Assembly (NCBI GenBank): GCA_902801245.1
Contig: CADCHW010000001.1
Location: 9,626 to 73,625, forward strand
DNA length: 64,000 nt
Direction: 5' to 3'
Source of the DNA: an uncultured Ruminococcus sp.
Lineage (GTDB): Bacteria > Bacillota > Clostridia > Oscillospirales > Acutalibacteraceae
In this document: positions 55,546 through 64,000 of the stretch, in pieces
How positions within the stretch are numbered: position 1 is the first letter of the stretch
Layout: every line of letters begins with the position of its first letter
The notes under the pieces: model-generated
Database searches by the model: none
Seen by the model: the letters and a program-made list of their open reading frames with translations, nothing else
What the model was told of the DNA's origin: nothing
Made by a program: the position numbers and the translations under genes

Positions 55546-56041
55546 CCGATGATATTTTTCCCGACAGCGGCTCGGACGGCAGAGCAGCATTATTTTCCTT
55601 ATCATGGTGTGTGACTGTAGGGCACACACCACCACTTGTTATATTGTTTAGTTGTATCGGGTTTATTGTCGATAGTTTTATCGGTCTTGTTAAAGGTTCT
55701 TTTTACTGTTCTGTTGTAGGTTTTGTTAGCGATTTTTCAGACAACTTTGATTAGATATAGAAATATTTTAATATACTATTATATATTTAACAATTAAAAA
55801 ATTTTGTTAATATAACAAAATTCCGATTATCACAATTACGCATTAATCATCAGCCAACGTCCAAAAGAAAAGCCGACTTTCACATATCAAAAACCAAACA
55901 ATTACGCATTACAAATTATGAATTATATAAATATTGTGTGGTTTGTAACAGATTATTCATATTTATGCGATATAATAGAAAACGTATTTTATCCGAAGAG
56001 ATATCGGAAAGATAACATTTATAAAGGAGTTCGTTTGATAT

Positions 56042-56881
56042 ATGAAAAACACAGTTGCAACCCTGATGATGCAGAAGCAAGCGGGTGAGAAAATAACGAT
56101 GCTTACTGCTTATGATTACACTACGGCAAAGATAGAGGACGAGTGCGGAGTTAATTCAATACTTGTCGGCGATTCTCTGGGAATGGTTATGCTCGGCTAC
56201 GAAAATACTCTCCCCGTTACGGTTGATGATATCATTCATCATACTGCTGCCGTTGCAAGAGGAGCAAAAAATGCTTTTATAGTTGCCGATATGCCGTTTC
56301 TTTCTTATCAGACAGGTGTTTACGATGCCGTAGTCAATGCAGGTCGGCTTGTAAAAGAGGGCGGTGCTCATGCCGTAAAGCTTGAGGGCGGCGCGGAGGT
56401 TTGCGAACAAATCCGTGCAATTGTCAATGCGTCTGTTCCGGTAGTGGCACATCTCGGACTTACACCGCAGTCGGTGAATGTGTTCGGAGGCTTTAAGGTT
56501 CAGGGAAAGAGTTACGATAAGGCGAAGAAGCTTATCGAGGATTCCCTCAAAATTCAGGAAGCAGGTGCTTGTGCTGTAGTTCTGGAGGGCATTCCTGCGA
56601 AGCTTGCGGAGATTATCACAAAGAAGCTTGTAATTCCGACTATCGGCATAGGTGCAGGAAACGGCTGTGACGGTCAAGTACTTGTGTATCAGGACATGCT
56701 CGGTATGACAACAGGGCATACTCCCAAGTTTGCGAAACGTTTTGCTGAAGCAGGCAATTTGATTAGACAAGGTATTTCGGACTACATTTCCGAAACGAAA
56801 AACGGTGCGTTCCCTGCGGAGGAGCACACCTATAAAATAGATGACGAAGTTATTGAAAAGCTTTTAAGCGAGGAGGTTTAA
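56042..56881 (+). CDS. panB: 3-methyl-2-oxobutanoate hydroxymethyltransferase
   Basis: LTAYDY, GDSLGMV, KLEGG motifs. Confidence 0.93.
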   Translation: MKNTVATLMMQKQAGEKITMLTAYDYTTAKIEDECGVNSILVGDSLGMVMLGYENTLPVTVDDIIHHTAAVARGAKNAFIVADMPFLSYQTGVYDAVVNAGRLVKEGGAHAVKLEGGAEVCEQIRAIVNASVPVVAHLGLTPQSVNVFGGFKVQGKSYDKAKKLIEDSLKIQEAGACAVVLEGIPAKLAEIITKKLVIPTIGIGAGNGCDGQVLVYQDMLGMTTGHTPKFAKRFAEAGNLIRQGISDYISETKNGAFPAEEHTYKIDDEVIEKLLSEEV

Positions 56882-56884
56882 GCC

Positions 56885-57751
56885 ATGAGAATAGTAAAAA
56901 CAATCGATGAAGTACGCAGTCAAGTGAAAGCGTGGAAAGCAGAGGGTTTGACGGTTGGTCTTGTGCCGACTATGGGATATTTGCACGAGGGTCACGCAAG
57001 CTTGATTGCAGCCTCTCACAGGGATAACGACAGAACTGTTGTTTCCGACTTTGTAAATCCCATGCAGTTCGGACCCGCAGAGGATTTGGAAAGCTATCCC
57101 CGTGACATAGACCACGATTCGGCGATAGTCGAGGAAAACGGCGGAGATTTGATATTCAATCCCGAACCCGATGAAATGTATCACAAAGGTTTTTCTTCGT
57201 TTGTTGATATGACCGTACTCACAGAGGAGCTTTGCGGTTTAAGCCGTCCGGTGCATTTCAGAGGTGTCTGCACTGTTGTTGCGAAGCTTTTCAATATTGT
57301 ACAGCCTAACCGTGCCTATTTCGGCAAAAAAGACGCACAGCAGCTTGCGGTTATACGTCATATGGTTGACGACCTTAATATGGATATTGAAATTGTCGGC
57401 TGTCCGATAGTGCGTGAAGAGGACGGTCTTGCGAAAAGCTCACGAAATACATATCTCAATTCCGAGGAACGCAGGGCGGCTCTTGTGCTTTCAAAGGCAA
57501 TTTTCCATGGCATTGATATGGTAAGGAACGGCGAAAAGGACTGTTCCGCCGTTATTTCTGAAATGAGCGGTATTATCAATGCAGAACCGCTTGCACGAAT
57601 TGATTATGTGAAAATTGTAGACTGCTCTACAATGCAGATTATCACCACACTTGACCGTCCGGCATTGTGTGCGATTGCGGTGTATATTGGAAATACACGT
57701 TTAATTGACAACTTCTTTACCCAAGACGTACAGCATGGAGGAGTATTATAA
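56885..57751 (+). CDS. panC: Pantoate--beta-alanine ligase
   Basis: [14 protein letters not shown]-like motif; FGKKDAQQ. Confidence 0.93.
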   Translation: MRIVKTIDEVRSQVKAWKAEGLTVGLVPTMGYLHEGHASLIAASHRDNDRTVVSDFVNPMQFGPAEDLESYPRDIDHDSAIVEENGGDLIFNPEPDEMYHKGFSSFVDMTVLTEELCGLSRPVHFRGVCTVVAKLFNIVQPNRAYFGKKDAQQLAVIRHMVDDLNMDIEIVGCPIVREEDGLAKSSRNTYLNSEERRAALVLSKAIFHGIDMVRNGEKDCSAVISEMSGIINAEPLARIDYVKIVDCSTMQIITTLDRPALCAIAVYIGNTRLIDNFFTQDVQHGGVL

Positions 57752-58143
57752 TGTATATTTCTATGCTGAAAAGTAAGATTCATCGTGCGGTAATTACACA
57801 GGCAGAGCTGAATTATGTTGGCAGCATTACTATTGACGAAGAGCTTATGGAAGCCGCAAATATTTATGAATATGAGCATGTTCATATTGTAAACGTCAAC
57901 AGCGGAAGCCGAATTGAAACATACGTTATTGCAGGCGAAAGGGGCAGCGGAATTATATGTCTTAACGGAGCGGCGGCACGTTCGGGGCAGAAAGGCGACA
58001 CTATTATAATTATGTCGTATGCCTCCGTGACACTCGAAGAAGCCGAAAAGAATCCGCCGAAGGTTGTTTTGGTTGACGAGAACAACAAGCCTGTCAAAAT
58101 CGCAAGCTACGAAAAACACGGCAAACTGTTTGATAATTTATAA
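57751..58143 (+). CDS. panD: Aspartate 1-decarboxylase
   Basis: [25 protein letters not shown] with the Gly-Ser self-cleavage site. Confidence 0.93.
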   Translation: MYISMLKSKIHRAVITQAELNYVGSITIDEELMEAANIYEYEHVHIVNVNSGSRIETYVIAGERGSGIICLNGAAARSGQKGDTIIIMSYASVTLEEAEKNPPKVVLVDENNKPVKIASYEKHGKLFDNL

Positions 58144-58191
58144 TTATAATAGTCGGAAGTTTTATTGTATAGCCGACAGAATAATTAAAAA

Positions 58192-58237
58192 AACACTAAG
58201 CGGATTTTTTTAATCTCTGCTTAGTGTTTTGCTTTTT
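58192..58237 (+). terminator. Rho-independent terminator after panD
   Basis: AACACTAAGC...GCTTAGTGTT stem followed by TTGCTTTTT. Confidence 0.7.
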
Positions 58238-58249
58238 ATTCCAAAGAGT

Positions 58250-58734
58250 TAAGATTTAGTTCTTTTCTTTCTTAGACCGGCAATTCGCTTTGCTCTTGCC
58301 TGTTTTGGTTGATATCGGAAGATGTTTTTTGATGTGTGTTTTTTATTTTGTTGTTTTGTTGAATAGAGTTCGTTTAGTTTCGCTGAGGGTAGTTTATTTT
58401 CTACGCTGATTTGCTGCGTCAGCGAGCATGGGCTCTGCCCCTGCATGGTGCAAGACCACTATAGCAAACCAAACAAATATCCGAACAAGTTCGGTGTCCC
58501 ACTGAGCACATGGCTGCGTTGTCGTCCTTGACATACGACAGTATGCCTGCGTCCTCCGCCTTGCCCTGCACTCAGCGGAATCACCTTCTTTTGTCCGTCT
58601 TTCTTTTGTCCGTCTATCTATTTGGATTGCTATAGGACACACCTACCAATCAGTCTACGCCTAACGGCTTGACTGATTGGGGTGTTCCGTCGCCCGCAAG
58701 CCTTTGTAAAGGCTTGAGAGAAACTTTAAAATGG
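58250..58734 (-). repeat. Family A repeat, copy A4 (longest; two nested GC-rich expansions), 7 nt downstream of the rlmD stop on the same strand
   Basis: Reverse complement carries the A core, the ~55-nt hairpin also seen in A2, and a further ~165-nt segment bounded by CTATAG (58459-58464 and 58630-58635). Confidence 0.85.
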
Positions 58735-58741
58735 TATAACT

Positions 58742-60109
58742 TTACATTGTCATTGACACAACCGTTTCAACATGCTGAGTTCTCGGAAACATATCAACGG
58801 GAGTAACCTCACCGACTTTAAATCCTCTTTCCTCAAACACCGCCAAATCCCGTGCAAGAGTTTCGGGGTCGCAGGAAACATAAACAACCCTTTTCGGTGA
58901 CATCTTGCATATCGATTCTATAACTACACTGTCACAGCCTTTTCTCGGAGGGTCAACAACCACAACATCGGGTGAGGTCTTGTTTTTGGAAAGCTCCTCC
59001 GCCGCCTTTGCCGCATCGGAACATATAAATTCCGCATTAGTAATGCCGTTGATATGAGCGTTCTCCTTAGCGTTTTCAATCGCTTGTGGAATAATCTCAA
59101 TACCCAAAACTTTCCTTGCCTTTTTCGCCATGGAAAGCCCTATAGTACCCGTTCCGCAGTATAGGTCAATCAAAAACTCCTCGCCGTTAAGCTGTGCATA
59201 CTCGGCAGCAATAGAGTACAGACGTTCCGTCTGATTTCTGTTTATCTGATAGAACGACAGGGGAGAGATGTTGAATTTCAGTCCGCATAGCTCGTCCGTG
59301 ATAAAGTCGCTTCCGTAAATCGTAACGCATTTTTTGCCCAACACAACATTTGTTTTTTCCTTGTTAATATTCAAAATCACGCTGTGAACATTGTCGGAAT
59401 AATACGTGAGCATTTTAACAAGTTCCTTACTGTGCGGCAGATTGTTTCCGTTTATCACGGGACAGACCATAATTTGACCGCTCTTTTTGGCGTGCCTTAA
59501 ATATAAGTGCCTAAGTAAGCCACGGTGAGAAATCTCATCATAAGTATCGATTTTATATGTGTCAATCCATTTTTTGAAAATCCCGACAATATCGTCAAAC
59601 TCTTTCGGGTGCAGACTGCATTCACCATTGCCGACAATTCTGTGACTGTGATTTCCGTAAAATCCCATTACGACTTTGTTATCCTTATCTCTGCCAATCG
59701 GAATTTGCGATTTGTTTCTGTATCCGTTCGGCTCTTCGCAGCCGATTATGTCATTCATATGAAAACCGTCAATTTTACCTATTCTTGTCAGTGCATCAAA
59801 AACTCTTTGCTGTTTGATTTTCAGTTCCTCTTCGTAGGAAATGTGCCTGAATACACAGCCGCCGCATTTTGAATAGCATTCGCAGTCGGGGACAATCCTG
59901 CTTTCCGAGGAAACAATGATACTTTCGATTTTCGCAAAAGCATAATTTTTCTTGACCTTTAAAATCCGTGCGGAAATTTTATCCCCGATTGCCGTCATAG
60001 GTACAAATATCGCCATACCGTCATATTTTCCGATTCCGCTTCCCTGACCTGTCATTTCCGTAATTTCAAGCTCGATAATGTCATTCTTTTTAATCTGCAA
60101 TTTAATCAC
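58742..60109 (-). CDS. rlmD: 23S rRNA (uracil-C5)-methyltransferase RlmD/RumA type
   Basis: N-terminal TRAM; Cys cluster CxxxxxxCGGC; SAM motif DLYCGTGTIG; C-terminal DMFPRTQHVE. Confidence 0.88.
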   Translation of the reverse strand: MIKLQIKKNDIIELEITEMTGQGSGIGKYDGMAIFVPMTAIGDKISARILKVKKNYAFAKIESIIVSSESRIVPDCECYSKCGGCVFRHISYEEELKIKQQRVFDALTRIGKIDGFHMNDIIGCEEPNGYRNKSQIPIGRDKDNKVVMGFYGNHSHRIVGNGECSLHPKEFDDIVGIFKKWIDTYKIDTYDEISHRGLLRHLYLRHAKKSGQIMVCPVINGNNLPHSKELVKMLTYYSDNVHSVILNINKEKTNVVLGKKCVTIYGSDFITDELCGLKFNISPLSFYQINRNQTERLYSIAAEYAQLNGEEFLIDLYCGTGTIGLSMAKKARKVLGIEIIPQAIENAKENAHINGITNAEFICSDAAKAAEELSKNKTSPDVVVVDPPRKGCDSVVIESICKMSPKRVVYVSCDPETLARDLAVFEERGFKVGEVTPVDMFPRTQHVETVVSMTM

Positions 60110-60123
60110 CCTTTAAAAAAATA

Positions 60124-60363
60124 TAGTTGTTAGACTGCGAAGCCTGTTAAAGTTTGGTCAAGCTTTTTAAAGCTTGCGGGGTGCAGGGGCAGAGCCCCGC
60201 TCGCTGACGAAACCAACTGTCAAAGAAAAATAAACTATCCTCAGCGAAATTAAAAAACTATTAACAGCAAGCAATAAAAACAAATCCTATCCGCATAAAT
60301 AAAATCAGGCAACAGCGAAGCGAATTGCCGGTCGTGAGAAAGATAACCCACAATTACGCATTA
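60124..60363 (+). repeat. Family A repeat, copy A5 (divergent right end)
   Basis: TAGTTGTTAGACTGCGAAGCCTGTTAAAGTTTGGTCAAGC... core plus the CAGGCAACAGCGAAGCGAATTGCCGG block; ends in CACAATTACGCATTA. Confidence 0.85.
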
Positions 60364-60525
60364 TATATATGATATCATTTTTTAATGCTCAATTCAACAA
60401 AAATTTTTTTGTTAAACCACAGCTTTATATGTTAATATTTCTGTTGCTATTTTGAAGAAATTGATATATAATGTTATGTAGACAATTAATAAAAAGTTTA
60501 GTAGAAAAGTGAGAGGTGCTTTTAA

Positions 60526-61932
60526 TTGTACGTTGATAAATTTTGCGATAAAACTTACGACAACATTCTCGATACTATAAAGAGAGTTCATTTTGTGGGA
60601 ATAGGCGGCTCGGGTATGTGTCCGCTTGCGGAAATTCTTATTTCCGAGGGTTACGAGGTAAGCGGCTCGGATACAAGCGACGGCGATACCCTCAGACGTG
60701 TCAAGAGCTACGGTATTCCTGTTTTTATGGGTCACGATAAATCGAACGTAAACGGTGCGGAGCTTGTTGTTTATACGGCTGCCGTCAAGCAGGATAACCC
60801 GGAGCTTGTTTCCGCAAGAGAACAGGGTATTCCGACAATCGAAAGGTCGGTTATGCTAGGCATTGTTTCAAGACGTTATCAAAATTCCGTTGCCGTTTCG
60901 GGTACTCACGGAAAAACCACAACTACGGCTATGATTTCCCAAGTGCTTATTGGCAGCAAATTTGAACCTACGGCAATTATCGGCGGTACTCTTCCGCTTA
61001 TCGGCGGCAACAGCTATGTTGGAACTTCCGATATTATCGTTTGCGAGGCTTGCGAGTATGTCGATTCGTTCCTGCAAATCACACCTGCCGTGTCGGTTAT
61101 TCTGAATGTAGACGCAGACCATCTCGACTATTTTGAAAATCTCGACAACATTAAGAAGTCGTTCGGCAAATTCGTGAACCAGACCTCAAATGCTGTCATA
61201 GTGAACGGCGACGACCAAAATGCTCTTGACAGCGTGAAAGATTCTCCTGTTAAGGTTGTAACGTTTGGCTTCGGCGAGAACAACGAGTATCGTGCGGTTA
61301 TGACATCTCCTCAAAGTACCGTTTACGATTCCTTTGATTTCTTCCATAACGGTGAAAAGCTTTGTAATATCACTCTTTCCGTACCCGGCAAGCATAACGT
61401 TTACAATGCCCTTGCGGCGGCTTCTGCGGCTCATTATCTCGGTGTGAAGCCTGAGAATATAGCGGAAAATCTTCATAAGTTCACGGGTGTTCACAGACGT
61501 TTCGAGATTCTCGGCAAGCATAACGGAATTACCGTTGCGGACGATTTCGCTCACCACCCGACCGAAATTAAGGCAACACTTTCCGCCGCTATGCAAATGG
61601 GTTTCCGCAAGGTGTGGAATGTTTTCCAACCGCATACATATTCGAGAACTGCCGTGCTTCTCGACGATTTTGCAGACGCATTGTCTATCGTTGACGAAGC
61701 AGTTATCCTTGAAATTCTTCCCGTTAGAGAAACCAACACCTACAACATCTACAACACCGACCTCGGCAATAAAGTTGACGGCTCGAAGTGTATAGACACC
61801 TTTGAAGACGCTGCAAAGTACGTTTGCGAAAACGCACAGTCAGGCGACCTTATTCTTACAATGGGCGGCGGTAACGTTTATATGTGTGCGAACCTTATCA
61901 ATGATATGCTTGCGGAGAAAGAAAAATTCTGA
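60526..61932 (+). CDS. murC: UDP-N-acetylmuramate--L-alanine ligase
   Basis: TTG start about 9 nt after GAGAGG; HFVGIGGSGM, GTHGKTTTT P-loop, Mur ligase C-domain. Confidence 0.92.
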   Translation: MYVDKFCDKTYDNILDTIKRVHFVGIGGSGMCPLAEILISEGYEVSGSDTSDGDTLRRVKSYGIPVFMGHDKSNVNGAELVVYTAAVKQDNPELVSAREQGIPTIERSVMLGIVSRRYQNSVAVSGTHGKTTTTAMISQVLIGSKFEPTAIIGGTLPLIGGNSYVGTSDIIVCEACEYVDSFLQITPAVSVILNVDADHLDYFENLDNIKKSFGKFVNQTSNAVIVNGDDQNALDSVKDSPVKVVTFGFGENNEYRAVMTSPQSTVYDSFDFFHNGEKLCNITLSVPGKHNVYNALAAASAAHYLGVKPENIAENLHKFTGVHRRFEILGKHNGITVADDFAHHPTEIKATLSAAMQMGFRKVWNVFQPHTYSRTAVLLDDFADALSIVDEAVILEILPVRETNTYNIYNTDLGNKVDGSKCIDTFEDAAKYVCENAQSGDLILTMGGGNVYMCANLINDMLAEKEKF

Positions 61933-61944
61933 TAATATTTGGTG

Positions 61945-62370
61945 ATGCAATATATGATACGTGATTATAAGAATTTGATTGAAGAAATATTAAGGATGAA
62001 ATCAAATATTCACAAAAGCGGAAAATTTGATTTTGACTATTATTCTTTTTATAAGGCATTTCTTCTTGATACTTCTTCTACCGAGGGGAATCTTGACGCA
62101 TTAAAGCATATTGAATACAATGCTTGTTATGAAGATACTCAAACTCTTTACGGTGAACCGATAACAAAGACAATCTACGGACTAAAAATAAAAGACAAAA
62201 ATGTTCTTTTATCCGAGTTGTTTTTTAAGTCGGTTGAATGCTGTGACGAAATAATTGATGTTCTTTTAAAATCAAATCCCGAGCTTACAAAAGATGAAAT
62301 TGAAGCTTTTCTTAGATTTATAACGGTTATTCTTTTGGATTTGGAATGTGAGGATATTCCCGATGATTGA
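61945..62370 (+). CDS. Hypothetical protein
   Basis: About 141-aa ORF after murC (alternative starts 61939 and 61954); acidic C-terminus; no recognised family. Confidence 0.5.
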   Translation: MQYMIRDYKNLIEEILRMKSNIHKSGKFDFDYYSFYKAFLLDTSSTEGNLDALKHIEYNACYEDTQTLYGEPITKTIYGLKIKDKNVLLSELFFKSVECCDEIIDVLLKSNPELTKDEIEAFLRFITVILLDLECEDIPDD

Positions 62371-62393
62371 TTTTACAAAAAAGGTAATTTGTT

Positions 62394-62645
62394 ATGACCG
62401 ACAATGAAATTAAGCTTATAGAAGAGAGATGCAATAAGGCAACTCCCGGACCTTGGGTGTCGTATATTGAGGGCAGAGATCACGAGAGCGGCTGCGATTT
62501 TATAATGACTTCCGGCGAGGATATCGAGCTTACCGGAGCTACTCACGACGATCAGGATTTTATCGCACATGCCCGACAGGATATTCCTGCCCTTATAAAT
62601 GAGATTTACATCTTAAAATCGGAAATATGCAAACTGAAAAAATAA
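62394..62645 (+). CDS. Hypothetical small protein (phage Ea22/ead-like pattern)
   Basis: 83 aa; ATPGPW...DQDFIAHARQDIPALINEI pattern often seen in small phage-derived proteins; weak recollection. Confidence 0.5.
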   Translation: MTDNEIKLIEERCNKATPGPWVSYIEGRDHESGCDFIMTSGEDIELTGATHDDQDFIAHARQDIPALINEIYILKSEICKLKK

Positions 62646-62839
62646 TCGGAAATCGATAAAATTTACCGTGCTGTTACATTAAAAGAAGTAGATTTTTTCT
62701 ACTTCTTTAGCCGTTTTTATGTTTATATCGGAAAATTTAAAAAAATCGGATTTTAAATATTGTTTTATCCGTTAAAGTGTGATATTATAGTAATTGTTTG
62801 TGACAATTTTAATTTTTTAAAAATACGGAGTAATATAAT

Positions 62840-63379
62840 ATGAGTGAAAATTCTACAGTCGCAGTCGGTGACTCTCAAAAGAAAAGCTTTATCGGCAAAT
62901 GGTTCAATTCGCTGTTTGTTGCGGAAACGAACAATACTTTTATACAGTTTTTCAGAAGTGTGTTTGTGGGCGGTGTCGCTACGGTTGCCGATATCGGAGT
63001 TCTGATATTGTTCAGAGAGCTTTTTCATATGTCGGAATCAATCGCAACCGTTTTCGGTTTCATTGCCGGTTTGACGGTGAATTATGTGATATCAACTTTT
63101 TGGGTTTTCTCAAAGGCTAAGGTTAAGAACAGAGTTTTTGACTTTATTGCTTTTGCGGTAATAGGAATAATAGGTCTTGGTTTAACTCAGCTGATCATTG
63201 CTCCGTTTGCAATGGAGGGAATTTTCGGCGAGGGGTTCTTTGTGAAGAAACAAATTTTCGGTTCGATTATTCCCACGGATAAATACTATATAATAGGAAA
63301 GCTTGTATCTACCGTATTGGTATATATATGGAATTTCTGTGCAAGGAAATTCATTCTTTACCGCAACTGCGAGGAGTAA
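62840..63379 (+). CDS. GtrA-family membrane protein
   Basis: 179 aa, 4 TMs, FFRSVFVGGVATVADIGVL and ARKFILYR GtrA-like motifs. Confidence 0.8.
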   Translation: MSENSTVAVGDSQKKSFIGKWFNSLFVAETNNTFIQFFRSVFVGGVATVADIGVLILFRELFHMSESIATVFGFIAGLTVNYVISTFWVFSKAKVKNRVFDFIAFAVIGIIGLGLTQLIIAPFAMEGIFGEGFFVKKQIFGSIIPTDKYYIIGKLVSTVLVYIWNFCARKFILYRNCEE

Positions 63380-63417
63380 TTTTTTATTGACATATTTAAT
63401 ATTTCGGAGGAATAGAA

Positions 63418-64000
63418 ATGAAGAAAGTTGTAATTATCGGTGCCGGTCCCGCCGGACTTACCGCTGCTTACGAATTGCTCAAGGACGGCGGCAATAAGGA
63501 ATATAAGGTTGAAATTCTCGAAGAGTCGCACGTAATCGGCGGTATCTCTCAAACTGTACGATACAACGGCAACAGAATGGATATCGGCGGTCACCGATTC
63601 TTCTCTAAAGACGACAGCGTTATGAATTGGTGGAAGTCTATGATGCCGATTCAGGGTGTGAACAGCTTTGACGATGAAAAGCTCGGTCGTGAAAAACCGC
63701 TTGAAAATGGCGGTCCAAATCCGAACAAAGAAGACAGAGTAATGCTCATCAGACGACGTATTTCACGAATTTACTTTAACAAGCATTTCTTCGACTATCC
63801 TATTTCGATGAAATGGTCAACCATAAAAAATATGGGTTTTGTTACAACAATGCAGGCAGGCTTCAGCTATCTGAAAGCAGCAATGTTTAAGAAGCCGGAA
63901 ACAAGCTTGGGTAATTTCTATATCAACCGTTTCGGTAAAAAGCTTTACAGTATGTTCTTTGAGGGTTATACAGAAAAATTGTGGGGTCGTCACCCGAGCG
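63418..64000 (+). CDS. FAD/NAD(P)-binding oxidoreductase (amine-oxidase / UDP-galactopyranose-mutase-like), 3' end outside window
   Basis: GGAGGAATAGAA RBS; [20 protein letters not shown] Rossmann GxGxxG; frame open to the window end. Confidence 0.75.
   Translation, partial: MKKVVIIGAGPAGLTAAYELLKDGGNKEYKVEILEESHVIGGISQTVRYNGNRMDIGGHRFFSKDDSVMNWWKSMMPIQGVNSFDDEKLGREKPLENGGPNPNKEDRVMLIRRRISRIYFNKHFFDYPISMKWSTIKNMGFVTTMQAGFSYLKAAMFKKPETSLGNFYINRFGKKLYSMFFEGYTEKLWGRHPS

Noticed and set aside
55413-55754. 113-aa ORF in the TetR-panB spacer as a real gene
   Set aside because: It has no RBS and begins inside a promoter-like AT-rich stretch. It runs across the partial family B copy and a GC hairpin, and its composition is atypical. 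It is probably spurious.

Overview
AT-rich Firmicutes/Clostridia chromosome segment. Dockerin-bearing secreted proteins together with sporulation genes (spoVM, bofA, ylbJ-like) suggest a spore-forming Ruminococcus/Oscillospiraceae-like organism; this is inference only. Most of the window is housekeeping. It contains rlmN-prpC-prkC-rsgA-thiN-spoVM (the Bacillus yloN-spoVM synteny), dnaE-pfkA, asnB, tsaEB-rpiB, cca, zur-znuCB, mtaB, one tRNA-Thr(CGU), metE with a LysR regulator, panBCD, rlmD and murC. I saw no rRNA, CRISPR array, integrase, transposase, prophage or recognisable defence system. Five things stand out. (1) Two unrecognised intergenic repeat families. Family A has 5 copies of about 240-485 nt; one copy has terminal inverted repeats and a 9-bp flanking direct repeat, and others have nested GC-rich hairpin expansions whose helices fold with G:U pairs on one strand only. 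Family B has 6 full or partial copies of a long imperfect palindrome with a covarying terminal hairpin. (2) A translationally coupled 5-gene operon: circularly permuted ATP-grasp, alpha-E, transglutaminase-like, and an active plus an apparently inactive AstE/AspA-type deacylase. It sits behind a consensus promoter followed at once by a 21-bp intrinsic terminator. (3) An orphan PqqD-like/nucleotidyltransferase pair. (4) A paired G3E/COG0523 metallochaperone locus that shares a candidate Zur operator half-site with zur-znuCB. (5) A small tRNA-adjacent immunity-protein islet and a decayed AT-rich remnant. All coordinates were counted by hand and may be off by a few nt. All homology calls come from motif recognition, not database searches.
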